DNA from: Macrostomum lignano
Taxonomy: Eukaryota
Assembly: GCA_002269645.1 (NCBI GenBank)
Contig: NIVC01003277.1
Coordinates: 1 to 64,000, forward strand
Length of the DNA stretch: 64,000 nt
Reading direction: 5' to 3'
Position numbers and translations under genes: made by a program. The first letter of the stretch is position 1. Every line of letters starts with the position of its first letter. This document shows, one piece after another, positions 44,101 through 56,300 of this stretch. The notes under the pieces were generated by a model. That model saw nothing but the letters and a program-made list of their open reading frames with translations. It ran no database searches and was not told where the DNA came from.

Positions 44101-47100
44101 GAGTTGTGTTTCACAAACTGGAGTGTGTTTCATAAACTGGAGTTGTGTTTCATAAACTGGAGTTGTGTTTCATAAACTGGAGTTGTGTTTCACAAACTGG
44201 AGTGTGTTTCATAAACTGGAGTTGTGTTTCATAAACTGGAGTTGTGTTTCATAAACTGGAGTTGTGTTTCATAAACTGGAGTTGTGTTTCATAAGCTGGA
44301 GTTGTGTTTCATAAACTGGAGTTGTGTTTCATAAACTGGAGTTGTGTTTCATAAACTGGAGTTGTGTTTCATAAGCTGGAGTTGTGTTTCATAAACTGGA
44401 GTTGTGTTTCATAAACTGGAGTTGTGTTTCACAAACTGGAGTGTGTTTCATAAACTGGAGTTGTGTTTCATAAACTGGAGTGTGTTTCATAAGCTGGAGT
44501 TGTGTTTCATAAACTGGAGTTGTGTTTCATAAGCTGGAGTTGTGTTTCATAAACTGGAGTTGTGTTTCATAAACTGGAGTTGTGTTTCATAAACTGGAGT
44601 TGTGTTTCATAAACTGGAGTGTGTTTCATAAACTGGAGTGTGTTTCATAAACTGGAGTGTGTTTCATAAACTGGAGTGTGTTTCATAAACTGTAGTTGTG
44701 TTTCATAAACTGGAGTGTGTTTCATAAACTGGAGTGTGTTTCATAAACTGGAGTGTGTTTCATAAACTGGAGTTGTGTTTCATAAACTGGAGTGTGTTTC
44801 ATAAACTGGAGTTGTGTTTCATAAGCTGGAGTTGTGTTTCATAAACTGGAGTTGTGTTTCATAAACTGGAGTTGTGTTTCATAAACTGGAGTTGTGTTTC
44901 ATAAACTGTAGTTGTGTTTCATAAACTGGAGTTGTGTTTCATAAACTGGAGTTGTGTTTAATAAACTGGAGTGTGTTTCATTAACTGGAGTGTGTTTCAT
45001 AAACTGGAGTTGTGTTTCATAAACTGGAGTGTGTTTCATAAACTGGCGTTGTGTTTCATAAGCTGGAGTTGTGTTTCATAAACTGGAGTTGTGTTTCATA
45101 AACTGGAGTTGTGTTTCATAAATTGGAGTTGTGTTTCATAAACTGGAGTTGTGTTTCATAAATTGGAGTTGTGTTTCATAAACTGGAGTTGTGTTTCTTA
45201 AACTGGAGTTGTGTTTCATAAACTGGAGTTGTGTTTCATAAGCTGGAGTTGTGTTTCATAAATTGGAGTTGTGTTTCATAAACTGCAGTTGTGTTTCATA
45301 AACTGCAGTTGTGTTTCATAAACTGGAGTTGTGTTTCATAAACTGGAGTTGTGTTTCATAAACTGTAGTTGTGTTTCATAAACTGGAGTGTGTTTCATAA
45401 ACTGGATTGTGTTTCAGAAAATATCGGAGGTGTTCAAAAATAAGATATTTTGTGCACCGTGAAACCTTTCAGAGCTGTCAGAGCACATACCCAGGTAATT
45501 ATTGACAGAGAAACTTGAAAATGAAGAAGAGACGGGTTGAGTTTTTTCAAATTTGCTTTTAACTGTAAAGGAATATTTTTCTCTTTATAGGTAATTTTGT
45601 TTTTTAGAACCCACCGGGTGCGCCGATGAAACATCTGCAAGCAAATCACCTGGGCAATCAATTTTTGTCGAGGTTGCCGCGATGAGCAGGCGGGGACTGG
45701 GGCGGGGGGAGGGGCAGCAGAATCGATGAGCACACAGGCAGCAATTTTCGCCTCAACGAAGCGGGATAAATGGAGAAAAAAAGCAAAATCACCATCATCT
45801 TTATGCACCTTTGAAAAGCGGAGCAGCTGATGATTCTTAGCAGCCTGTAAGAGCGAATTTTCGTTGCATTTCTTGGAAAGCTAGCGTGTTACAGATCACA
45901 CAAAACCGAAGCTAAAATGACCAAAATTAAAATACCCGAAACCGAATTCAAACCCGAAACCGAACTCAAACCCGAAACTGAATTCCAACCCGAAACTGAA
46001 TTCCAACCCGAAACTGAATTAAAACCTGAAAACGCACCCGAAAATGCGTAGGTCACCGACGTGAATGACAACGCGCCGCAGATTGTGGTGAATCGCGACT
46101 CTCTCACCGTCCGCGAGAACAGCCAGCCGATTTCCACCGTCGACTACATCAGCGTCAAGGACCGCGACGTCGGCAACAGGTTCATCCACTGCGATCTTGA
46201 CGGCTTCAACAGACAGACGGACGCGTTCAGCCTGACCCGGATGTCTGGCTCTGACGCGGTGTCGGGGTCCGGCAGCCAGGTGCTGCTGCTGCTGCAGGCT
46301 ATCCGCAGTCTGGACCGCGAGCAGCAGGCGGCGCACGCCCTGTCGCTCACCTGCTCTGACTCTGACGGCGTCGCCAGCACCGAGAATTTCACCGTCAGCG
46401 TTGGCGACGTCAACGACTCGCCGCCGGTGTTCCCCAGACCGGAGCTGGTGGCCCGGCTGCTGCCGCCGCTGCGGGAGAACTCGCCACCCGGCACCGTGAT
46501 CGGCAGGCTGGCAGCCACCGACGCTGACGAGCCGCAGAACGCCAGGACGGTGTACAGCGTGGCCGGGAACTGCCAGCACGACATCGGCATCGGAGAGCTC
46601 AATGCTACGGTCTATGCAAAGGTTCGTGGGAGACTAAGAAGAGCCTCCTTAGTCTCTTCGGGATTTTGTCCCTGATCTGCCTGTACCTTGTGTCCTTGAG
46701 CTGCCTGTAGCTTGTCTCCTTGAGCTGCCTGTAGCTTGTCTCCTTGAGCTGCCTGTAGCTTGTGTCCTTGAGGTGCCTGTAGCTTTTGTCCTTGAGCTGC
46801 CTGTAGCTTGTGTCCTTGAGCTGCCTGTAGCTTGTGTCCTTGAGCTGTCTGTAGCTTGTGTCCCTGATCTGCCTCTAGCTTGTGTCCCTGAGCTGCCTGT
46901 TGTTGTCTGCAGCTTGTGTCTACTGTCTGTCCCCACTGCATCTCCTTGAGCTGCCTCTAGTTTTGGATCTCTAACTGTTAGGCAGCTCCCGAATTTCCTT
47001 AGGTTACGTTCGACCGCGAGACCAATGCCTCCATCCGCTGCGAGCTCCGGGCCACGGACGCCGAAAATCCAGCCCTGAAGTCCCACGTGGAGGTGGTGAT

Positions 47101-48067
47101 TGTCATTGCCGACGAGAATGACAATGCGCCTACGTTTCCTGGAAACTACACATTCCGGGTGAACGAAAGTCGAACGAAAGGGCACTTGATCGGCCGTGTC
47201 GAGGCCAAGGACCTTGATGAAGGCGACAACGGCCGGCTGGTGTACACCCTGCGCTCCGGACACCCTGTGGGCGGCCGGCCGCACCATCGCGTCGGTTTTA
47301 GCGTCTCGCCCGACGGTCGCATCTTCTTAGCCGAAAGCATCCTGGACAGGGAGCGACAGGCGGCGCACATCCTGCAGGTGGAGGCGCAGGACTTCGGGCG
47401 GCCGCGCCAGACCAGCGTAGTCTGGGTTCGAATCGTTGTGCTCGACGAGAACGACAACGCGCCGCGGTTCGTGTTCCCCGGCGCCGGTAGCGACGGCGAC
47501 ACCTCTTTAAATGTCAGCATCAGCGACCGGCCGGGTGACACCGTCGCCAAGCTGACCGCGGTGGACGACGACGAGGGCGCCAACGGAGTGGTGACATTCT
47601 TTGTTGACGCTAGCTCCGATGCCATGCCGCAGTGCGAGGCAGGCCTGTTCCGATTGGATCCCGAGCAGGGTCACGTGACTCTGAGTGGGCCAATCAAGCG
47701 GGCCTGGCTGGGCACGGAGTGTCTGCTGGCGCTGGAGGCCAGGGATGGCGGCGGTAAAGCTTCCAAGCAGCGGCTGCGCATTCGGTTCGTCAGCGACCTG
47801 CGCCACAGACTGGACGGCGGCAACGGAGGCTCCGGCGATGCCAACAACTGGAGAGGCAAGGACGGCCCTCCAGAGATGATCATCGTCACGGTGTGCGTCC
47901 TGCTGGCCTTCCTGGTGCTGCTGTGCCTGGTGCTGCTGGCAGCCTACTTTTGCTACTACATGCAGCCGGCCCGCGCCGCCAGGAGCGCTTCGGCGCGGGT
48001 CCCAAATGGCGCCAATGGGCAAAGAAAAGCAGCTCACACTACGGACAATGGTTCGATTCCTCATTGA
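38187..48067 (+). CDS. Protocadherin-like protein: signal peptide, 7 cadherin repeats, TM. Exons about 38187-38953, 39876-40142, 46052-46621, 47003 to about 48050. One 1-bp frameshift at about 38455.
   Basis: Cadherin motifs IDRE, DVNDNAP, AVDPDAGENG, LDAE, DVNDSPP, ATDADE, FDRE, ENDNAP (x2), DLDEGDNG, LDRE and DDDEGANG. TM IIVTVCVLLAFLVLLCLVLLAAYFCYY. Ectodomain introns are GT-AG and phase-consistent. Confidence 0.9.
39045..39850. repeat. Intronic 24-bp minisatellite AGAAAGAGTGACTGAGAACCCGGT, about 33 copies
   Basis: Direct inspection. Cadherin intron 1. Confidence 0.97.
40215..41005. repeat. Intronic 20-bp minisatellite TCAAGCCATCCCACACCGGC grading into a 20+21-bp dimeric variant
   Basis: Direct inspection. 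Cadherin intron 2. Confidence 0.95.
41562..45417. repeat. Large intronic minisatellite, 19/20-bp unit AAACTGGAG(T)TGTGTTTCAT, about 3.85 kb (about 195 copies)
   Basis: Direct inspection. Cadherin intron 2. Confidence 0.98.
45935..46035. repeat. Short 18-bp tandem repeat (AACCCGAAACTGAATTCC-like) just before the splice acceptor
   Basis: Direct inspection. Confidence 0.8.
46665..46960. repeat. Intronic 24-bp minisatellite TTGAGCTGCCTGTAGCTTGTGTCC
   Basis: Direct inspection. Cadherin intron 3. Confidence 0.95.
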
Positions 48068-49057
48068 TTTGATGTTCCTTCTTGCTGTGGCACTTGTACA
48101 TGTATTAACGCTCACGAGGGCCCCAGGGCACAGAGAGTGTACATGCCAGAAGATTAGACCACCAAATCTTTGACAGCACTGAAAGCACCACTAGATGGCT
48201 CTCTGTACCTCCGGTCCACCTCCCAGCTTCTCAATCATTGGACATGCGGATGAATGACGCAGTTGCTTGCGCAGCATCAGAGCCACGGTTAGAAAGTCAT
48301 TTATCCCAGTTGTCTTTAACTCCAGCACAAATATTTCTCCTATCGGCGATGCGAAACCTTCCTGTGTCCTTATTGCTGTTTATGGACCAAAGGATGCATC
48401 ATCAATGGCAGGGGTTGGTTTTTAGAAACAGAAATTAGCTGGACATAACCCTGTCTGCGGTGCTCCTCAGCCGGCCCATCCTGTCGCCCCGGGTTAGACC
48501 CGGAGCTTCTAAAGCTAACTCGTGCCGGGCGCCGCTTCTGGAAGAAGCAATCTGTGCGGAGGAGCCATCTGCGACGAAAAGAGCGTTTGTTGCTTGCGGG
48601 GGAGACGCAGCCCAAACCCAGGCTGTGTCACTACGAATTCGGCCGCACTGCGGGTAGCTTCGCAGTTGGGGGAACTTTACCAAGTCAGCTGTTCAGAACG
48701 GCCTGACGGACGCCGCATTGCGGCTGGAGAAGCGGCAGAGCTGTGGGCACACTTTTAGCTCCCTATTTCACCTCTTAACTACAACCCTTGGGCACCCTTT
48801 TCGCGTCCCACAGCAGACAAATCTGCCTTCTGTGAGGCGGCATCAAACTGTTTTGACAGATGCCTCTCCTGCCCCACTTGCCTTCCCGGGCTGCAGCTGC
48901 TGTTGCAGACAGACTTGCTGGCGAAACTCTTGCAAATAGGAGGCATTTGGGTCGGCGGAATCTCATTTGAAATCTAGCGATGCTTTGACATCGGCAGGCG
49001 GCTTGTGTTCTAATCACTCACTTTGATTGCTTGTGCTGTTCATTGTTTATACTCCTA

Positions 49058-49295
<238 letters not shown>

Positions 49296-49316
49296 TTCAC
49301 TCATTTATCCCCGCAG

Positions 49317-50157
49317 GCTGGCTGGGACACCGGCTCGACTTCATTCGCGGTCGCTCGGGCAGTCAGTCTGTCGGCCGACCTCTGCGAGCGGCCTGCGTAG
49401 ATGGCGGCTTTGGAGCCGGAATCTCGTCGCCATTGTCGCCATTAGCCAAGCGGGAGATGGATGGTGTAAGTCCCTAACAAATTTCTACGCACTACTTATG
49501 CTACTATTTAAGCTTCAGTAGGCAATAACGCATTTTCTATTGAAAATTCCAATGCAAGGCGCTCAGTCAAGGCACTCTATCCGGAGTTGGTTTCTATGGC
49601 AACAGAGTGGAAATTTTGAAGACAGCTGGTGAGAAATGTTCCCTCTTTAAGTTACTCTTTCTGCAATGGTTAGAAATATGCCGCGGCTAATCGCTATCTC
49701 CGCAATTAATCTTGAAAATCAAACAGCCTCAGGGAATACAGCTTCAGCAGCCAGAAGCGCAGAGTCCACAGATCGGCCAGACTCCGCAGAGAGTGATGAA
49801 GCGCACTACCAAGCCGGCTGCTACTACGGTGCGCGCCAGCTGACCATGGATCGCGCCAATGGACCTCGTCAGCATCAGCAGCACCCGGAGCAGCATGAGC
49901 TGTACCAGACCATTCGCTACCTGGTGGATGAGGGCAGCTCATCGAGACCATCGAGAACAGCGGCCGCTGTGCTGCGAGATTGTCGTGACGGCGGCGGCTG
50001 CGCCACCACGGCTAGGCAGCCGCGTTCAACTGCGCTTCGGCAGCAGCAGCAGAAGCAGCAGCATCGGCAGCGTCAGCGAAGCCTCGGCTCGCCGACTTCA
50101 ACAGCTGGCAGCGGCTATGTCAGCGGCAGTCCCTACCTGACTAGCAGCTTCGTCTGA
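49317..50157 (+). CDS. Probable protocadherin cytoplasmic-tail exons (about 49317-49465 and about 49727-50157), ending ...GSGYVSGSPYLTSSFV*
   Basis: GC-rich open frames bounded by CAG acceptors and a GT donor, downstream of the TM exon. Exact splicing not resolved. Confidence 0.45.
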
Positions 50158-53100
50158 GCTCCGAGTTTTCAGTAACCGAGGCAGTGTACATGTATTCAGT
50201 TTAAACATTGTCACTAAATGACGACTTGTATTGGATTCTGACTAAAAGACTTAAAAGCATTTCTTCGGCACTAATTCGGGTTACCGATCCACAGACGCAG
50301 TAGAAAGCACAGATGCACCATGGCACCGATACAGTAGGCTTAGCGATATACCAATAGAGAAGAAGGGCAGGTCATACGAATATACAGCCAACGTAAGGTC
50401 ATTGGGGTAGAAAATAATAGTCTGACTTCTGGTTCTACTAAAATGCAAATGACATTCGCCAACCTCGAGCACTGTTAGCCTGCAGCAGTAAATGAGGGTT
50501 TGCTGGGTAGAGAACTTGGGGTTAGGACCGGAGAGACAGACCAGAAAATCGATAACTTTCATTCAACCCCACGCACGGCTAGCCTGCAGCAATTAAATGG
50601 GATAGCGCGCGGGGGTAGAAAACAAGAGGTGGGGAAGGCAGTGGGACAGACCAGAAAATCGATAACGTTCACCAAACCACACGCAAGGCTGTCCTGCGGC
50701 TAGAAGAGTTAGAAAGTTACGAAACAAACCAGTTTACTGATAAGGGGTTTACTTCTACTTTAAAAAGCATTATAGATTTAGTTGGCTGGTTAGTAGTAAG
50801 TATTGAATTGCTTCTCACTCGGATGTTTTAGCGTAGTGCGCTTTGGCATAACTTTTTCGTGCACATGGAAATTGTTTTTCTTTTCTGTTGAAATTGTTCG
50901 CAATGCACCATTGCTTTTTGCTGTATCAATACGTTTGTATCCAACCTTATCTAAAATATGGTAGATTTTAATAAAGATAAAGTGATGACTGCCAAGTGCA
51001 ATTTTCGAGTTGAACAGTCTTCGATATTTCTTCAGCTTTTACTGAGGAACTTTCATTTTTTGAAAAATGCATCTTTCATAGGCCGCTTTTTGTCCTAGAA
51101 TCAGACCATTACGGATCTGGATAAATAGGAATTCCAGATGTATCAGACGACAATTTCCTGCCTTAACTAAACCGTTTGCTCCTATTTCATGCATCAGACT
51201 AAAATTTTATAATTTCAAGAAAACGATATTTGATGTCAGAAAAGTCAAAGCACGACGCATTATAGTCAGAAACTCGTATAGTCAGAAATGCTGCGAACGG
51301 TGATGTTCGGACGAAAACAAAACGAAAACGACTTCGTTGGAGTCTGTCTTCTACAGATTTAGTCGAGAATTAATTTCCGATCAATAGAATTCACACATTA
51401 GTTTTTTTACTCATCTGCAACTCCAAAGCTGAGACGAGAGATCATTGCTAATTGATGTGTTGTTTCATTTTGCAGCGATAATGATCGAGTCACCAATAAA
51501 GTTTGCACGGGTCTAGGAGTGCAGAGTCCTTCAGATTGAGCACAGTGAGAGGACTGGAACACGATTATGGCAGACCCTGGTCTCCAATCTGAGCTCTGAG
51601 CCGCAGCTGCAGAGCTGAGCTACTCAAAAAACAGCCAACCTTCAAGTCGCCCTTGTGTATATATTGATTGGATAGTGTGCGCCAGTGTGTGTTTTTTCGG
51701 CAATGACTTGCACAGGCTGCAGCGTGTGGGAGGGGCAATTCCCCAGCGATGGGGACGCAAAATAGTTGAGTAGCTTCTCCTCCTTGGGGCAGAGCTTTCC
51801 GCCAGCAGGCGGCCTCTCATTCCTGTCGAAGCAGCTTCCCGCTGTCAGTGTGGAAACTGCCGGACTGGCTGCTGTCGAGTGGAACTCATTAGAATGAGCT
51901 GGTCGGGTGCGAGACTGTTGAGTCTGTTTGGCGTGAGGGACTAGCTAGGAGGGGGATAATTTTCCCAGTAAGAAGGCGCAGCTGCTTCTTTCCCAACAGC
52001 TGGGTAGTGGAGTGGGGTGGAGGTATCGATGCAGCGGGTCAGTGTACTTGCCTTGGCTAGCTGGATACAGACACTGCCTAGGCTTCACATTGTGGGAAGA
52101 AAAACGGGGACTCGCTGAGTAATTGCGGGGCTGACCTGTGCATCACGCACTAAACAGTGGGAAATAGCGATTCAATAATCTGTAAGGAAAAGCGAAAGAC
52201 AAAGTGCCGGTCAAAGTGCGTCTGTGGCTCAAATTTCGACGTTGCTTTAGTCGGGGCTAAGTGGAACAGGGGAAGTTAAAAAATTCAGAAGTCAATCCGA
52301 TTCGATAAATGCCAATGGAGTGAGGGTTTTCAACACAGGCAGCAGGCATCGAGATTAATCACAGCTATTTCATCGAATTTCCATTTTTAAGACGACTGAC
52401 TCCATGGAAATAGAATTTGAGGAAGCGTCTTTCTTGCCACCTTTTTAAAGAAATTTCAGCTTGCAGGGTCAGCCTTCGCACAGCCTTGGTTCTCCCAAGC
52501 ATGTGATGCTGCTGTACTTCTGTCCTGAAAAATTCAACCGAAGAACAACAATTAGAAAGCGGAGATGCCTGGGAGACAAGCCGATTCCGTCGTTACTTTG
52601 CAGTATCTACGAAGTCAAATCCCGTGTTTTTTCGAAAAATCCAGTTTAACAAATATATTGGTCCGAATAAACGAGGCTGTGTATTTTTAAAACATTTACT
52701 CGTATAGGTTCCAGGGATATACATTGCAGGCTATGCAGCACAACGTCAATGGCATGGGTAGCGTAGCCGTACTGCTAACAGACCGAACACAATATTAGCA
52801 CAACATCGCGGTAACCAGATCGCAGAGTGGCATTCATCATAAGCGGGTTTAAAAGCTAGGAAAATCCGAACAAGCTCACAATGCAGGGGGAATGAGTCTC
52901 AATGCGGCAGCTCTTATTTGTTTACCCTATGTCTGAAAAGCCAGTGCAGACAAACAGTGACTGGTTTTGTTATAACTGCAACAGAAACCTGTGAAAAAGC
53001 ACAGGTGAAATCGCTATTGTTTTCTATTCATTTGCGACTTCGCGATCAATTCATATGAGTGCTCTGTTTTTTTTCACGACAGTCAGCACTCAATGAAGTC

Positions 53101-53369
53101 ACTGGAATTTTGTATTTAAAAATGAATATTAAAATCACTGCGACTCGCACGGTCATACAGGTGACATCTTCTTTGGGTAATTAATTTTGGAAATCATTTG
53201 CTTTTCTATCAGTTTTCCAATTTCCTTTATTGAATTCGCAATTCCCAAACGCCTGCGCTTCCAAAAATAAAGCATGCACAGTATCTCAAAGCGAAGCCAG
53301 ACGGATGTGATGCAGAGCTGGGCTCAAAGCGCAGTTGCAGCTCAGCCAGACTCCGCAGCGACTCCCCGC

Positions 53370-56300
53370 TCACTTCCTGGCGCCGGACGCGGCCGGAGCC
53401 GTCAGACGGTGCCACCTTGCCGGGGCGCTCTTGGACTTGAGCATGTTCCACCAGTGCTGGTACTCCTGGCCGCTGGTGTCGGGGCCCAGGTACACCCGGC
53501 CGACCTCCGTGCTGCTTAGTACGCCTTCGTGGCACACGGAGATCTCCAGGCAGCCGGTGCGCAGGTCCTCCTCGGCCACCCCGTTGAACACGAGCGCCTC
53601 TTCCCACACAGGGTTGCCTGGCGTCTTGCAGCTGCTGGTCTTCTTCTTCTTTTGCTTCCGGCCTCCCTGTGTGCTCAGGGTGACGCGTACGGAGGCGTCT
53701 GAGCGGCGACGGGGGTGGGGATTGACAGGACGAGTTCAGTGCTGCTACGCAGTTTTTGAGCTAGAAGATCACTAATAAACCTAGTCGTGTTTGTCCCAGA
53801 ATCGAATTTCAGCTCCCACACATCCTGACTGAAGTCTTTGGTTGCTCATATTTGCTCTGTTCATCAAAAACGAACTCAGGTTCAGATCAGCTCATCCTTC
53901 CTGTCTTGCCACCCACTTGCCGCTTGCTATCAGGCTCTGCCTAATTCTGCCTCAAACTGGTGCATCAAATTCTATAATGTCCTTTTCTGCTGCGTCGTGT
54001 TTCATCCCTATCCGATTTCATCTAATAGATTGCCTTCTATTATTGGCGTACTTTGCCTCAGCACAGGTTTTGTGCAGCAAGACGAAGCTGTAGAGTTTTA
54101 CCGATGCAAAATAGAGGATTCCTATAATCAAAGGCATATTCAACTGTCGAGCTAAAAGGGTCAAATTAGGACTATTGCTAGTCAGATTCAGCTATATTAG
54201 TTCTTTTGCCTTCTTCCTACGAGTTTTATGGAATCATAATTTAGGCTTTAATGGCCCAGCCTTTTATTCGGATTGCAGAAGCCACTGTGGGAGCTGCTCA
54301 AAATTAAGCCAAGAGCTCACCACTAATTGGCTTGTCTTTGTTGATGTCGCGCAGGTTGCGTGCCTTTATGATTGACACGCCAAGGCGCTTCGCAGCGGAC
54401 AAGAAGGACAGCGAAAACATCAGGTCACCGATTTTATGCTCCTGAAATAGTGGGCGATTGCAAGATGGAAATGATTTTGTGACGGGACGGAACGCCTGAA
54501 CAGGTATCCTCACCGGGTCTGGATCTTTCTCAAGCGAAGTCAGTCCCTTCCACAGGGTGGTCTGAACCTCAGCGCCGGCAGCGGCCGAGTCCGCATCCAG
54601 CACATCAGTTAGCGGTAGACGGACCTGACCCAGACAGTCGTCAAGAGAACACGGGTCATAGTCAAACACGGTAATCTCCAAAACGCTCCAGTGAATGTCC
54701 TGCTGAGCGAGTTCGAATATGAAAGCCTCCTCAAACTCGGGGCGCAGCGTCTTCTTGTGAACCTGGAGACGAGTGAATGGCGCGATGCGATAGCAGGCTT
54801 TAAAGGAGCATCGATCTAGTAATTTAGTTTGCTTTCCTTGTTCAGAAACTGGGACAGTAATTATCAAACGCGAGCTGCTGCCATCTGAGAGCCTGGCTTC
54901 TTGAGCAGGCGATCTAGCCTCATTGCTTTGCATCTCTGAAGCACGATAATTTAATAAACGGGCCGACAGATGTTTGCGCTTCTCGTCTCCCCCATTGCCC
55001 TTCAAATTAGCGGGGCAGAGAGGGGGCCTGTGGATCTTCACCCTCCGTCTTTGCAATAATCCATGCCCTTGAAATTGCAGGCCCTTTTGCTGCCTTGCTC
55101 GATTCTTTGGCTTCTGTCCCGCTGTCGCTTTTCTGTTAGATCTCAAGCCGGTTCGGAGAGGAAAATTATTTTGGCATTGCTTTCTGCGACGCCTCTTTCC
55201 TTAGCTACCAGCACTTCATCGACAAATTCCAGCTTTTCGGCTCACATCTCTCTGGCAGTTTTTTATTCCGAAAAAATAGTCTGCCTTGTTGCCTTTGACC
55301 AACAGCCCATTAGGCCAGGCAAGCTGATTGAGCGCATTGGGTGCTGGCGTCTTGCCAGCTTCAAAGAGGTTGCCTTGGGGAGGAGAAAAGAAAATTCCTG
55401 AAGAAAAATTAATCCTCTTGGTCGCACTGGTGGAGAATTCTATACGAGCTACAAAGGGAAAACGTCGACGCTAAATTCTATTGAAATAACTCACTAAGCT
55501 CCTTCCATAGAAATGGGTGGATTTCCGAGCTCTCCGAGCAGCCAAAGGCAATTTCTGCCATAGACAGCAACCATAGACAGCAGCCATAGACAGCAGTCAT
55601 AGACAGCAGCCCAGGGACTACTCAATTCTCGGGACGGGAAACGGCCAAATCATGCAGAAAAAAGATGGAGGCCGATTTTCTCTGTTCTCTGCTGGTCTTA
55701 TGTTTTATCGCAAGAGCTTCAGCTTTTCACTATGTACACAAAATTTATCCCTCTTCAACTTCCTGTAGCCTGTTTCTACTCAAATAATTTCGGATAAATG
55801 CTAGGAGACATTTTATACAGTACCCCTTTAATACACAAACTCGATGCTTGATAAGCCAAGTGCATCTGTTGTAGAAGTCTATGGGAAACACTGAAGCAAG
55901 AAGTGAAAGCTTGTATTATACGAGAAGTTATTCAACATAAGATATAAGATTAACAAAACTGTTGTATATAGTCAGTACATGTATACCAAGATTTGGAGAA
56001 CGATCGCGCTAGAATACACACTATTGTGCACTAGAATTATTCAACAACACCAAATGCATAAATACAAGAAACACAACATTCACAACAAGCATATAAAGAA
56101 CAATAAACACGATAAGAGCAAAAGGCAAGAGAACCACAAGCAAGTGCAAAACGCACATGAACCAGAACAAACAAAGTAAGCATAACAAAGTATCCCAATA
56201 GTAGTAAGCAAATATAAGCAATGCGACAAATCGAATTCGTAATCCAGTAGTCTCAGTCGGTATCTATCGCGCTTATAAACGAGATGAACTGCGTAGCTTT

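Noticed and set aside
41562-45417. Possible CRISPR array
   Set aside because: Head-to-tail repeats with no unique spacers, no cas genes, and a eukaryotic intron context. The same applies to all other arrays.
48120-48960. Additional cadherin cytoplasmic exon candidates
   Set aside because: Several frames are possible and no phase-consistent splice path could be fixed by eye.
50200-53200. Intergenic region between the convergent cadherin and synaptotagmin-like genes, with a short duplicated GACAGACCAGAAAATCGATAAC
   Set aside because: No TIR/TSD, domain or RNA structure that I can support.
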